Position numbers and translations under genes: made by a program. Below the pieces are notes generated by a model. It had not been told where the DNA came from. It saw only the letters and a program-made list of their open reading frames with translations, and did not search any database. Positions 1-12,470 of a DNA stretch of 64,000 nucleotides are shown piece by piece. The stretch spans positions 496,001 to 560,000 of the forward strand of contig NW_026936265.1 in assembly GCF_032062105.1 (NCBI RefSeq), written 5' to 3'. The first letter of the stretch is position 1. Each line of letters starts with the position of its first letter. The DNA is from Saccostrea cucullata (taxonomy: Eukaryota).

Positions 1-1140
1 CATATTTGCGATGGGAAAAAAATCTTTTTATGAGCTTTGATTGAAGCAAAATTGCATTATTGTCGTCTTGTACAATACTAGTAATTGTTTCATATATAAT
101 ACTGTATATTCCATCGTACAGAAATATTTCTTCTGAACCATTTTTAAACTTTATTTTGGTCTTATTGATCATATGGGTTTAAATTACTTAAAAATTAATC
201 ATAATAACACATTTTACCAGCAAAATAAAGTTCTCAAAAATGCAGCTCATATTGCTTTAATCTTAACATTTGTGCAACTTGAAATATCTTTTTAAAATAT
301 CGGTCAAAATGTTTTAATTCCAGAAAGTAAATAACAAAATCTGCAATTTAACAATCTTAGTGTTTCCACCATCGTCCTCATTTTATGATGTAATAATGCT
401 AGGTTTATTTGGTATAAACTGCTCTCTCAAACAAAACAGTTCTGACATTTCATGGGTGTTCTTATGTCTGACTTCTTTTACTGTACTTTTAAATCAATAC
501 AGTTTGTTTGCTTCTCCGAGAGGTAATATCAACTTCGAGTTGGCTGCATTTTAATTGACATGCTTAAAATGGAATTAAGATTAAGTTTGTGTACAAATGA
601 TATGAAATAAGTGTGTTAACTTCAAAATTACCAGACCCTTATATTCATGTGTGGTTTAAATAAGAGCTGTACAAATATAGAAGGTGATGCAATTGTAATT
701 AATTACCTGTATATTGCCCAATTAACCTGCCAAACAAACTAGCTTAAAGGTAGTTTTCCTTTTTATTGGTACACATGAAGCAAAACTACAAGTATCTAAG
801 GGAGTATTGCGATATTTGCAAACATTCATTATATCGGTAACCTGTATGATGATTTTATCTATCCCCGTGTTTGAAGCAATATATTCAAGGACTCCTACTT
901 TATTTTTCGACAAATACAAAGGAATTATCTTTGTATACGTGAAAAATTTCCATTTCATAGAAAATATTGTAAGACGGGGGGTGGGGGAGGGGGGTGGGTT
1001 CAACACGGAACTTTTGTTCCGTGAACGCCTTCTGAGAGGCTCAAATCAAATATCACATATTTTAAGCATTCTGAGAGTATTATTTGATAAACAGTTTTAG
1101 TCCCCTATCGGGAAAAATATAAATGGATATAATTTTATCA

Positions 1141-2780
1141 AAACTTAGATAATCAGAGATTACAGAACTTTTGTCTTTATAGCAAAGTCCCACACTAAAA
1201 TAATAATTTAGTAGTGTACATTCCAAGATGCAATAGATGTAATTTTGATCTGATAAGACTTGCAGTTACTTGGGAATGGATTTATTCTAAAACTTGAAAC
1301 AAGCCACTCATCCAGAAAGGTTTAAAATTGTTCATCCTTTGATGCATCATCCATACAAGTTTGGTTCAATAGCACTCTATAGTTTCTAGCTAATGGACAT
1401 ACGCCTAAAACGTCAATCTGTCATTCATCTGGAAAATAAAGGTCAAATCCAGCATCCAAATTAAGTCCAGAAGTGTGCATCCTAAGATGAAGGATATGGA
1501 GAAAGCGAACAGCATTCAGTATCAAAGTCCATAAAACAATACAAAATAGGAGCAGAGCAAACACGGACCTGAAAAATATCGGAGGTGGGATCAGGTGCCA
1601 TGAACGGCATGGAGTGAGCATCCCCTGCTGACCGGTCACACCCGCCGTGTGCTCTTTGTCGAGAAATAACGGGAAAATCTGTCGTCAATTCAGGTGTGAA
1701 TAATGGACTAACAATGAGTATGAAAAACTTCAGTCAGCATTTGACTCAATGATAAATTGTATTTGCTGACAAGGTCATTGTATCGAACTTACAAAATGAT
1801 GCCTTTAAACGAGATTGCTGCTATTCTTGTTTCATCAACTTGTTTGTCAGTAATATACCCCGTTTAGGAAACTATTCATACGTAGAGTATGCTCTTGCGT
1901 ATCGAATCAACTGAGATTATAAACGCCGTATGCAGGTGATGAAAAAGTAAGGGAAGTTGACGAAAGAAAAGTTAAAGTCATACCGTTTATGATAGAGCTT
2001 GGTTGTTAGATTACCATTAACGTCTTTTTCAAGTAAAATATCCAAGTATGAAACAGATGTGTCAGATTCTGTGGTATCTTTTATTTCAAGTTCACCGGGA
2101 TATATCGTATCAACATGGGAGTGGAAATAACCATTGTTAATTGACAATACGGCATCGATATATCTAAATGTAGAGTTGAAGGCCACAGCAAGTGTTTTCT
2201 TCTTTTCACGCATAAGATTGTGCACAAATTCTGCTTCATATGAATACAAAATAGGTCTGCTAATAACGGAGCCCAATTGGTACCCATTGGAATTCCAATA
2301 GATTGTTGGAAGACCTGGTCTCCAAAAACCACATAGATATTGTCAACCAAAAACTCAAGCATCTTTTTGATGTAAACTTCAAAGTACTTGTGTGTGCAAT
2401 CAGAATGTGTTTTAACAAAATAATTTTGCAAATAATTAATGACCAGGTAAGAAAATTTACGAGTTCCATTTTTATTGAAACAGCTGTCAATGATATAAAA
2501 AAGCCTGGACTTTAATTTATCGTGGGGGATGGTTGTGTATAAAGTTGAAAATCGTAAGTTTTTAAGCTGTTGATTTTGGTAAAATCTTGTGATTTCAAAC
2601 TGTCCAAGAGTTCTTTGGAATTTTTGAGTATCCACATCTGATTCACACCACTTCTTGAATATATTGTTGCACAGTATGTATTATACAAGCTAGTTTGGTC
2701 ATGGTACGACATATAATTATTTTTGAATGAACCTGCTCCCAAAACTTGAACCTTGTCACTTATCTGGAAAATTAAGTCCA
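1141..2780 (+). mobile_element. Truncated Helentron-associated non-autonomous element (HINE, ~141-bp internal unit family), interrupted by a Penelope-like fragment
   Basis: Starts with (a)ataatcagagattacaga, as do the copies at ~51617 and ~62677. Unit motifs (tcatctggaaaat..ggtcaaatccagcatc..gcatcctaagatg / agtttggtc..aatgaacctgctcccaaaactt) match the 141-bp array at 51.8-52.9 kb. Confidence 0.65.
1490..2675 (-). mobile_element. 5'-truncated, frameshifted Penelope-like element reverse transcriptase fragment with its 3' end
   Basis: Three overlapping minus-strand ORFs give YSRSGVNQMWILKNSKELL, DF/STLYTTIPHDKLK, FQQSIGIPMGTNWAPLLADLF, FRYIDA (catalytic YIDD mutated), SVSYLDI and KLYHKRYDFNFSFVNFPY, typical PLE RT motifs. 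Frameshifts and the D>A change indicate a dead copy. Confidence 0.85.
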
Positions 2781-5625
2781 CTCTTTCGTTCCTTGCTTCA
2801 CTCCTTTTAATACTGTCTTTATCATCAGAGTCTTCTGATCTATTCTAGGTAACACCCAGGGTCTTCTGAAACGGTTCCAATGGTCCTCGATCTTGTTTTC
2901 ATTCTCATACTGTCGATCTCTTATAACACAGTAAACTTCATTTTTATAACTTGTATTTGTTTATTTTTTTGACAGTGTATTACGCATATCTTTAAAAAGT
3001 TATTATTCTTTAATTTAAATTAACAGATAAAAAGACGATCAGACAAAACATGCACCTGAATCTTTGATTCAGGGGGTATGAAAAAAGGAAAGTCTGAGAA
3101 TTGTGTTTGCAGTATTTGTTTAACCTATTTTCTGTGTTACAGTTTAGGTACTTGCTTAAATAAATTACATCACATGCAATAAATATCCTTTTTAATTGCA
3201 CTTGAGAACCTCTAAAAGGTCAAAATCATGATTGCTTTCAGGATTTGTTATTGCACTTGTCTTAAATCAAAGCCATGTCGTATAGTATGTTGTTTCTTTA
3301 AAAGTATTTACATTTTGTCATTTTCTACCTAAAAGTGGGAGAGATTAGGGTGGGGGGTATTCCATGTTTGTCCATCAGTCTCCCACCATTTATCGGCATA
3401 GGAACTACACTTTTAGTGCCGTTAAAGATATTCTTCAGCATTTGAATATTAAAAACTATTCTCGATTTCGGGCCTTGTCGCAGATTGACTCTTGAAGAGG
3501 AAAATGAAAAAATGTATACCAATAAATTAAGATCTATTTAATAGGTAGCAAGACTTTATCTATTAAATCTATTGAATAGTTATCCAAACCAATACCTTGG
3601 GAACATTATGAGGCTTGCATTTTCGGAAAAAAATTCTTTTAAAAACTAGGACAATTATTTAGACCAGTTTATGGTACTTAAAGAAACTGACTTTGTTATC
3701 GAACTAGGTCACAACTGACTCACAGAAATATTTTAGCTACTGTGCAAAACGTAACAGTTGTACGTGTTACAATTTTTTTTGTTTTTTTTTGTTTTTGTTT
3801 TGTTAATTAGGTTTTATCACGAAGGGAGAAAATGAAAATTCATGTAATATCATGACCCAATATGGGATACCTTTAGACTTATTTCAAAATATTGATCTTT
3901 CTACTTCGTAAATGTAAGAGGAATTCTTAAAAGCATTTTTGGGAAGAAATATGTCGCTTTCGAAACCCTTCTGTCAATGAAAATTCCGAAAATGTGAGCA
4001 CAACAATCAAATTCCAAGAGTTGATTTGACTATTCCATAAAATGTAAATGAAGTTCTGTGAACCATATTTTTATTGATTTTTTTTACTAGAAGATTTTGA
4101 TAAAATAAAGATGATTATTGCACATGAACAAGACATCATAATCACATTCCAAAAGCTGGACTGATTTATGCTTAAAATATAACTGTAAAATCACATATTT
4201 TCATGGGAGTCAGATTCTGGTGGTTGAGATGGAAGAAAAATCTTAGTTACATTGGGTTTTCATGTTTTAGATGAAGCAGTCCTGAGTTGTTTAAAATTAC
4301 AAAATTTAAAATTTGTGAAGGACACATTAAACTCGATGAAAATCAGTTTTTATTGCAAAATAATGAGAAAAAAAGATCGATTTACGGTATAGGATAAAAA
4401 TATAGTCAATATACCCAAATTTTCTTTAGAATAAACAGGTGTAATTTTAGAACCTCAATGAACAACTTGATTTACTAGTAGTATACAAATTCGTAAAAAA
4501 AATAACATGCTTTATTTATAATGAATATGCTATCAACTGACATGGGGGGAAGGGGGAGGGGGGTTCTGGCCTCAAAAAGACGTTCGATAGCTCTAATCCT
4601 CTAATCCTTTTCTTTTCATTTTAAGTGAACATGCATCTCTTTGTAATCGGTGTTGTCTGGTGGGTTTTGAAGTGTTTTAAGGACAGTACGATTGAACTTA
4701 AATTTAAATGTCTCATAAAGCTACATTATCAATACAAAATGAATTTAAGGACAAAACCAATTGCTTTCATCCTTTTGCCATCGCTGTTAATCCGTGTTAG
4801 TAGATTTCAACTTGATGATGGAGTTTTGTCAGTATTTCAACAGAATTTAGTGCCGCAAACATGTCTTCTTTCTGAGTACCTTAAGCTTTTTCAAGTACAT
4901 TGTTTGGGCTTTGTGTTTCTGATATCAGTTGACATGGGAGAAATTAACTGGATTCTAAGAAAAGATGAAAATATATGTGTTTTAATAATGAATTATTGCT
5001 ATACCTTGCTATTGGAAACATAAAAAGTAAACTGAGTAAAGACATGATATACTGGTAATATTTTCATTAAATCGTGATAATTACTCAGTAGATAAGTGTT
5101 ATAAAATCGAATAAGGATAAGGTAAGAGAGGTATTTTTGACATCACTGCTACGTGTAGATTGGATAGCGTCTTGTGTTTTGGCGAACACATTTTAGATGA
5201 ATAACACTTCTAAATTCGCAATATTGCAATCTTTCCCGTCAATAAATCAAATGACGTTTTCTTTTATCATCAATTGAAAACTTAACCTCTTAAATATTAT
5301 GAATTTTACACGTTGGAGGTATAGAACTAGATCATTTCAAAAAAGTGATCACAGATACTTAGAGGCTTTTTTGTATCAGTCCAAAACGATATATTGTAAC
5401 AGCTTATACAGACAGAGATAAATTAATGTATATTGGAATATAAAAATAGGGAAAAGCTTTGTGGATCTCAGATTTAAAAAAAATTAAAAGGGGTGGGTCC
5501 ATTCCCTAAGTACTTGTGTTCAAAGCGGGTTATACTGAAGCTCCAGAAATTCAGTGCACATAAATGAAACATTGTCTTTCGTCATTTAAAATACCACGCC
5601 TTCTACAAGTTTTTTCAACCTGACA

Positions 5626-5923
5626 ATCACCCGCGTGACGCAGTGGTTAGGGCGTCTGCTCTAGAGTCGCGAAGTAAAGAGTTGATCCTTACGTCGCGGG
5701 TTCGAATCCCACTGTGGGACGTGGAGACCGGTCCTTCGGATGAGACCGTATAAACCGAGGTCCCGTGTCGTAGAGGTGCTGGCCCGAAAAAGATCTCTCC
5801 CTGCACAATGGCCCTAAGTGCCGAGTACAGGACAAAATTTGCAGCTCTCCACCGGCAAGTAGTGGCGTCTCCATATGAGTGAATTTTCTCGAGAGGGGCG
5901 TTAAACAATATACAATCAATCAA
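5626..5923 (+). mobile_element. Full-length tRNA-derived SINE with Deu/Nin-like core and (CAAT)n tail
   Basis: A box tgacgcagtgg, B box ggttcgaatcc, core ccttcggatgagaccgtataaaccgaggtccc, tail caatcaatcaat. TSD is tcaacctgaca (5615-5625) / tcaaccttaca (5924-5934). The empty site is visible in the paralogous copy at ~9340-9350. Confidence 0.88.
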
Positions 5924-6222
5924 TCAACCTTACATATTTCGATGGATGGTCGGGAACTTTTGTGGTCCTGTAGTTTCGGGAAGAAGATCCGTCTAAAACT
6001 GACACCAACATTTTTCTTTGTTCTCCTCGATTTATTTTTCCTCTCGAAAAAGGTTGTGCCTCTTGATTTAATTTAAAAATAACTTGTTATAAATTGACCA
6101 ACGATGCTCTGTTATTATTTGGATTAAAGTGGATCCTTGAATCTGAAGGAAAAAGCCGAAAGTGTTAAAAATACAGCTGTTAACAGTCAGACAACAGGCA
6201 ATTGGTCAGACAAGCCCACTTT

Positions 6223-6395
6223 AAATTGAATTGAATTGAACATATTTTATTGAACAAAGTCAAAAGGATAGGACACAAGTTCAGTTACTTAGATAGTCCT
6301 CTCTCCTAATACAACATTTTGTAAAATTGCCGAAATAAAAACATATATACATATGGTCTACTACATACAAATATAATTGTATGTATTCAATTTAA
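6223..6395 (-). mobile_element. Probable 3' tip of a LINE (aataaa followed by (TTCAA)n tail)
   Basis: Minus strand ends caataaaatatgttcaattcaattcaat. Flanked by tttaaat on both sides and absent from the paralog (gcccacttta|tccataaggtcaggtgagc at ~10440). Confidence 0.55.
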
Positions 6396-7480
6396 ATAGT
6401 CATAGGGTCAGGTGAGCTAAAAAATCAGAAAACTGCTAAAGAGTTTAACTGACGTAAGAATTAGACCATGACAAATTGACATTTTTTGGAATCACTACAA
6501 GTGTGTTTGTTGATTTTTAAAATGATAAATAGATATGAATAAACACCCAATGTAGAAAGAAAAAAATCTGCTGTTAGTACACAGAGATGTTTGAGTTTTG
6601 GATAAGATTCAAAACTGACATAATGTTAAACAACATCAACGTACATTATATACACAGAATTGGGCACCTGTTCGGGATAAAAAATAAATACATGTATGTC
6701 AGTTATTCAGTTATTTTATCATGAAATCTTGGAATTTCTTTCGCTCATTAAGAAATAAGACATTCGTTAATAAGATACGCAAAAATAGTTTTCAGAGTTT
6801 AATTGTTTTGTTTAGCATTGTCCCTAAAAGTCTCTGGGATAGAGAAACCCTAACCCGAATTGTTCCTATAAAATTGGAACTAAATATTTTTTAACAAAGG
6901 AATGTCCAACAAAATGCCTTATATGGAAGTATTAATGTGCTCCCGGTGACCGTACCAGCTACAACTATAAACACTTGCATAAAATGCTTGATAAGATCAT
7001 ACATTCAAACAATTATAGTTTATTCATGATTATCTATCATTGAATGCATGTAGATCTTATCAAACTAAAAATCGCACTTTCACTGAATGTCGTGCTGGTC
7101 ATGACGAATATACCGCGTCCATTCAGAATTTTTTTTCCTCTAAATTGCCTCTGTTCATACACGTTCCATTTTGACTGAATATTACAGTAGTTATTTTGAA
7201 GGAGATATTTAACAGTGAACTGAAATTTAGCCATCTAGATCCTTTTTTATAAATTTCATTTTATTTTTTTTCCTAAGAAAAATAAGAGCTTATACAATAA
7301 CCACCAATTTACTTTGCAAAATATGCCCAAAGAGGAAAAATGCTAAACGCAAAAAATAAAATGATACTTGACAAATACATGTATTGTACCATTATATTTC
7401 CCCAAAATACAAAATATCGAAAATTGACAATACTTAACAATTACTACTTGTATTGCTAAATATAAACATATCTTTCAAAT

Positions 7481-10400
7481 ACTCACAAAAATATTTTACT
7501 ACTGTGCAAATTGTTACAGTTGTACTTGAGAATATACTGTTTTTTTTTGTAGAAAAATGAGGTTTTATCACGAAGGGAGAAAATGAAAACTCACGAAACA
7601 TTATGACCCAATATAGAATGCCACTAATCAAACGATTATTTCAAAAGATGATCTTTCTACTGCGTAAAATGTAAGAGGAATTCTTAAAACCATTTTTGGT
7701 AGAAATATGTCGCTTTCGAATCCCTTCTGTCAATGGAAATTCAGAAAACGTGGACACAACAATCAAATTCCAAGAGTTGACTGGATTACTGCATATGATG
7801 CATGAGATTCTCTGTGAACCAATTTTTATTGGAAAACTTTCTTTTTATCAGAAGATGGAAATGAAAATGCAGAATATTATTCACATGAACACGATACCAT
7901 CATCATATTGATAATTCCAAAAGCTGAATTGAATTATGTTTAAAATATACATGTACTGTAAAATCACATGTTTTCGTGGGGATCAGATTTCGGTGGTTGA
8001 GGTTTAAAAACTTGGTTCCTAGGGTTATAATTTCGTGGATGAAGCAGTGCTGACTTGTACATATTAGAAAAATTACAATTTGTGAAGGACACATTAAACC
8101 CTATGAAACAGTAATAAGAGAAAAAAGGACGACGCACGGTATAGGATAACAATACAATGGATATTATTAAACCTAAACTTTCCTTAGAATTATCATGTGT
8201 AATTGAAGAAGCTCAATTTACACCTTGATCTTGTATATGAATCCGTACAAATTAACCTGCTTTATTTTGATTAAACATGCAATCAACAGATTGGGGGGAG
8301 GGGGGGGGGGCGGTCTGCTCTCAAAAAGATGTTTGATAAATGAAGAGGTTGTAATCTTTTTGTTTTCATTTTAAATGAATATAGTACGTATATCTTTGTA
8401 ATCAGTCTTGTCTAGTGTATTTTGAAGTGTTGAACTCAAACTTAAATGTCTTATAATGGTAAAATATAAATAAAAATAAATTTAAGGACAAAATCAATTG
8501 CTTTCATTTTTTTTGCCACCGCTCTTAATCCGTGCATGTTAGTAGGTTTCCACTTGTGGACATTTCAACAGATTTATAGGTGCAGCAAACATGTCTTCTT
8601 TCTGAGTATCTTAAGCATTTTCAAGTACATTGTTTGGGATATGTTTTTTATTGAATGATTTGACATAGTAGAAGTGTGAATCTAAGAAAAAATGAAAAGC
8701 ATGTTTTCATTTAATGAATTATTGTTACACCTTGCTATTAGAAACAAAAAGAGTACACTGAATAAAGACTTTATACAATATTTTCATTAAACCAGCCAGT
8801 GATAAATAATTAAATAAGTGTTATAAAATCGAATAAGGATAAGGTTATAGAGGCATTATTGACATCGCTGCTACCTATAGATTGGATACTCTCTTTATGT
8901 GTTTTTGCGAACCCATTTTAGATGAAGAACTCTTTTAATTCGCAATATTGCAGTCTTTCCCATCAATTAATCAAGGTTTGTCGTATTTCTTTTATCAATT
9001 GAAGACTTGACCTCTTTGGTCATATAAATTTACACAATGAAGGATGATCACAAACATATGGAGCTTTTTTCTTTACCCCAAGTCAAAAAGGATATATGAA
9101 AAACGCTTACAGAGACAGAGATAAATTGTGTACATCATGTAGTACAGAAAATTAGGGAAAAGGTGTGCCGACCTCAAATTTCAAAAAAAAAAAAAAAAAA
9201 AATTAAAGGTGTGTCTAGTCCCCAAGTGCCTGTGTTCAAAGCGGGTTATATTGAATCTCAAGAAATTTGGTACACATAGATAAAACATTGTTACTTTTTA
9301 TTTAGAATACCAAATACGCCTTGATTTCTATAAGTCTTGTCAATCTGACATATTTCGATGGATGGTCTGAAACAAGTGTAACTATTTGTAGATGCTGACA
9401 TAATGAAACATGATCAACTTCAAACTCTGCCAACTTGATCATGTATTGTGATTTCACCCTGACCAAATCTGCATTAGTCCTTGAGGCTTTTTTAAAATAT
9501 TACTTAAACATGTTCCTGGTATACTGAGAAAATCTTTGCCATGTATTTGTTATAATTTGATCCCCAATAAATGTCCCATACTACAATCGTGGCTTTGAGT
9601 TAAGGTTTCGTCAAAGGTCAATATGTCCAAAAATTTATTTAATTCCGTGCTCTTAGTGAAAACTATTATTGCAGAAACAAAATATGTTTATCAATGAAGG
9701 GCAAGTTGGACTTGGATATAGCCTCTGGAAAGTTGTTTCCCTTGTTTATTTTGTTCAAATGTTAAGACTTGAAAGTGAAAGTATACATTACAAATGGCGG
9801 GTTCTATAGGGGTCTTGTCTTCATACATGTCATGCTTTCAATAACAACCTTTCAGAGACCATTCACGTCCAACTTGCCCTTCAATGATAAACATATATTA
9901 CTTCTGCAATGATTGTTTTTTATAAAAAGGACAGAATTAAGCAGGTGCATTTTTCTTAAATATGCACATTTTCTGATACAATTTTTCTCAAAAAATATCT
10001 TTTTTAAAATATTTGCTATCAAGTGATACTTTCTATCTATGAATCAATGATATATTTATAAACTGTAAACATTTTGACTTTATACCACACATAGTTTTGG
10101 AGCTATTGTAATAATAATTTATTAGACATGTTGACCTTTGACGAAACCTTAAACAAATTTGTATCCATAAATAAAAACTTTCACGAAAGTTTCAACTTTT
10201 GTGGTTCTGTGGTTCCTGGGACTGATTCCACTATAGTCTTTCTCGAATTCCTCGATTTATCTTTCTCTTAAAAAGAGTCATGGCTCTTAATTTGGATAAA
10301 CCTGTGTTAAATTGACCAAAGGTGCTCTGTTCATTATTTCGATCAAAGTGGATCCCTGGATATATAGAAAAAATGCCGAAAGTGTTAGAAAGACAGCTGT

Positions 10401-11578
10401 CAACACTCAGACGACTGACTAATGATCAGACAAGCCCACTTTATCCATAAGGTCAGGTGAGCTAAAAAATCAGAAAATTGCAAAACAGTTTAATTGACGC
10501 AAGAATTAGACCATGACAAATTAGCATGTTTTGGAATCTCTGCAAATGTGTTTCTTGATTTTCAAAATGATAAATAGATATGATAAATTCAATGTTAAAA
10601 AGAAAAAAAAAACGCACAGACTGCTTATAGTACACAGAGATGTTTGAGTTTCCGATACGATTCAAAGCTGACGCAATGTTAAACAACACCAACGTACGTT
10701 ATAAACACAGAATCGGGCACCTGCTAGGGATGAATAAGAACTGCATTTCAGTTATTAAATGTCATAAAGTCTTGGAATTTTTTCGCTCATAAACAAATAT
10801 AAAAAACGAGACTTACTGAATGGAAGTATTTTACGAGTAAAATTGTTTTTGTCGTAATTTTACCAAACATTCGCCTTTTAAAAAATTCTCTGAGATAGAA
10901 AACCCTAAACCTGGTTTGTTCATGAATTGAACTATATGTGATCACAAGTAATTTCATTGGCCAGGCAGCACCCCGCAGAATTTTTGAAAAATATTTTTGG
11001 ACGGAATATTATTGGGTGACAAATTTTAAGGATATTTCCATACTGTTGAATTCCTTTGTTAAGTTTTCCCATTCCAAATGTGGATCATTTTAGAATCAGT
11101 AGCTTTGTTTTCAATTATAGGCCTGCCCCTATACGGTAAAAGTCTTATTGTACATGTTAATATAAAGCAAACAAAACTCAGGTGAAACAAGTTTTATTTT
11201 AAGTGTGACACAGGTGAGTTCAAAGTGAACTATCATGGGATTTAAACCCTACAACTCTATTTAAACAATTGCATGAAATGCTTGATAAGATCACACGTTC
11301 GAACAATTATAGTTTATTCATGATAATCTATCATTGAATGATAATCTTTCATTGAATGCATTAAGATCTTATCAGGCCTATAGTCGCACTCCACTTTCCG
11401 CCGTTTGAATATCGTGCAGGTTGTGACGAATACCGCGTACATTCAGGAAAAGGATTTTTTTTTCTAGATTATCGCTGTTCATACACTTTCCATTTTAATT
11501 TGATTTTACAGTAGTTGTTTTGAAGGAAATATTTAATAATGAACTGAAATATAGCCTTTTTAAAATTTCATTTTATCA
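7481..11578. repeat. Tandem segmental duplication, copy 2 (non-coding)
   Basis: Diverged paralog of 3717-7265. It lacks the SINE and LINE tail of copy 1 and carries its own TTAA MITE. Confidence 0.9.
9604..10148. mobile_element. MITE with TTAA TSD and GG..CC ends (Kolobok-like)
   Basis: TIR ggtttcgtcaaaggtcaa.atgtc / gacatgttgacctttgacgaaacc, with ttaa at 9600-9603 and 10149-10152. It also holds an internal inverted repeat (~9666-9712 vs ~9867-9914). Confidence 0.8.
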
Positions 11579-11909
11579 TTTGAATTTTGCAGACCTTGCA
11601 CCAAGGTGTGACAAAGGCAGTAAGATTTACGTGAAAATATTAACGATAAGACGAATTTGTGCATTTAATTTAGAGAGAAGAAAACATGTTCATAAATAGA
11701 TTATCTTGCATATCTCCGATGCAGTAAAGGTCATGTTTTGACTGCAAGTATATCAACAAAAAAAAACATATACTACAAGTAGAACTTCGGAAAGTGTGTG
11801 CTTGTGAACTAGGTTTAATACTGGATTCTGATGTTCCGGACAACAAAACTTTGATGTTTCCTTTGGCAGCTTGAATTGAGACTCACCATCCCCAGCCTTC
11901 CCATCTCCC

Positions 11910-12260
11910 AGGACTATCCCGAAAATAATATCTTCTTTAAGCAACGGCCTTTTCCTGAAAAATAAACTCCTCCTAGTTTCTTAACTTTGAACAACGGACT
12001 ATTCCAGAAAATAACCAACTATTCCAGAAAAATAAACTCCTCCTAGTCCCTTAGCATTGAACAACGGACTATTCCAGAAAATGACCAACTATTCCAGAAA
12101 ATAAACTCTTCCTAGTCCCTAAACTATGACCCAGGACTATTCCAGAAAATAAACTCTTCCTGATCCTTAAACTTTGAAAAACAGACCATTCCCAAAAATG
12201 AACTCTTCCTAGTCCCTAAACTTAAACAACGGATTTTTCCAAAAAACAAACTCTTACAAT
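11910..12260. repeat. Degenerate minisatellite built on actattccagaaaataaactc(c/t)tcctagtccc
   Basis: About 6-8 imperfect tandem copies of 45-70 bp visible directly. Confidence 0.8.
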
Positions 12261-12316
12261 AAATATTTGAAAAAGATCGATACTTTAATAATTGGTAACC
12301 CATCAGAAGTAGTTAT

Positions 12317-12470
12317 CTCACGGCGGGTGTGACTGGTCGGCAGGGGATGCTCACTCCTCCATGGCACCTGATCCCACCTCCAATGTTTTGGAGGTCCGTG
12401 TTTGCTCTGCTCCTATTTTGTATTGTTTTATGTTTTGATCTTGAATACTGTTCGTTATCTCCTTATGTTT
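12317..12470 (+). mobile_element. Solo 3'-terminal fragment of the same Penelope-like family as 1490-2675
   Basis: cacggcgggtgtgactggtcggcaggggatgctcactcc..atggcacctgatcccacctcc..gtgtttgctctgctcctattttgtattgttttatg matches the reverse complement of ~1490-1650. Confidence 0.8.

Larger units (their letters stand above)
3717..7265. repeat. Tandem segmental duplication, copy 1 (non-coding)
   Basis: Collinear with ~7481-11578 throughout, e.g. aggttttatcacgaagggagaaaatgaaaa, ttataaaatcgaataaggataagg, ttcaaagcgggttata and ttgataagatca.acattc.aacaattatagtttattcatgat. Confidence 0.9.

Noticed and set aside
4625-5023. 132-aa ORF as a gene
   Set aside because: Non-ATG start, no recognisable motif, and the paralogous segment at ~8370-8750 is disrupted by indels and stops.
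5630-5720. Functional or suppressor (CTA) tRNA gene
   Set aside because: It is the head of a SINE with body, tail, TSD and a paralogous empty site, and no proper acceptor stem is evident.
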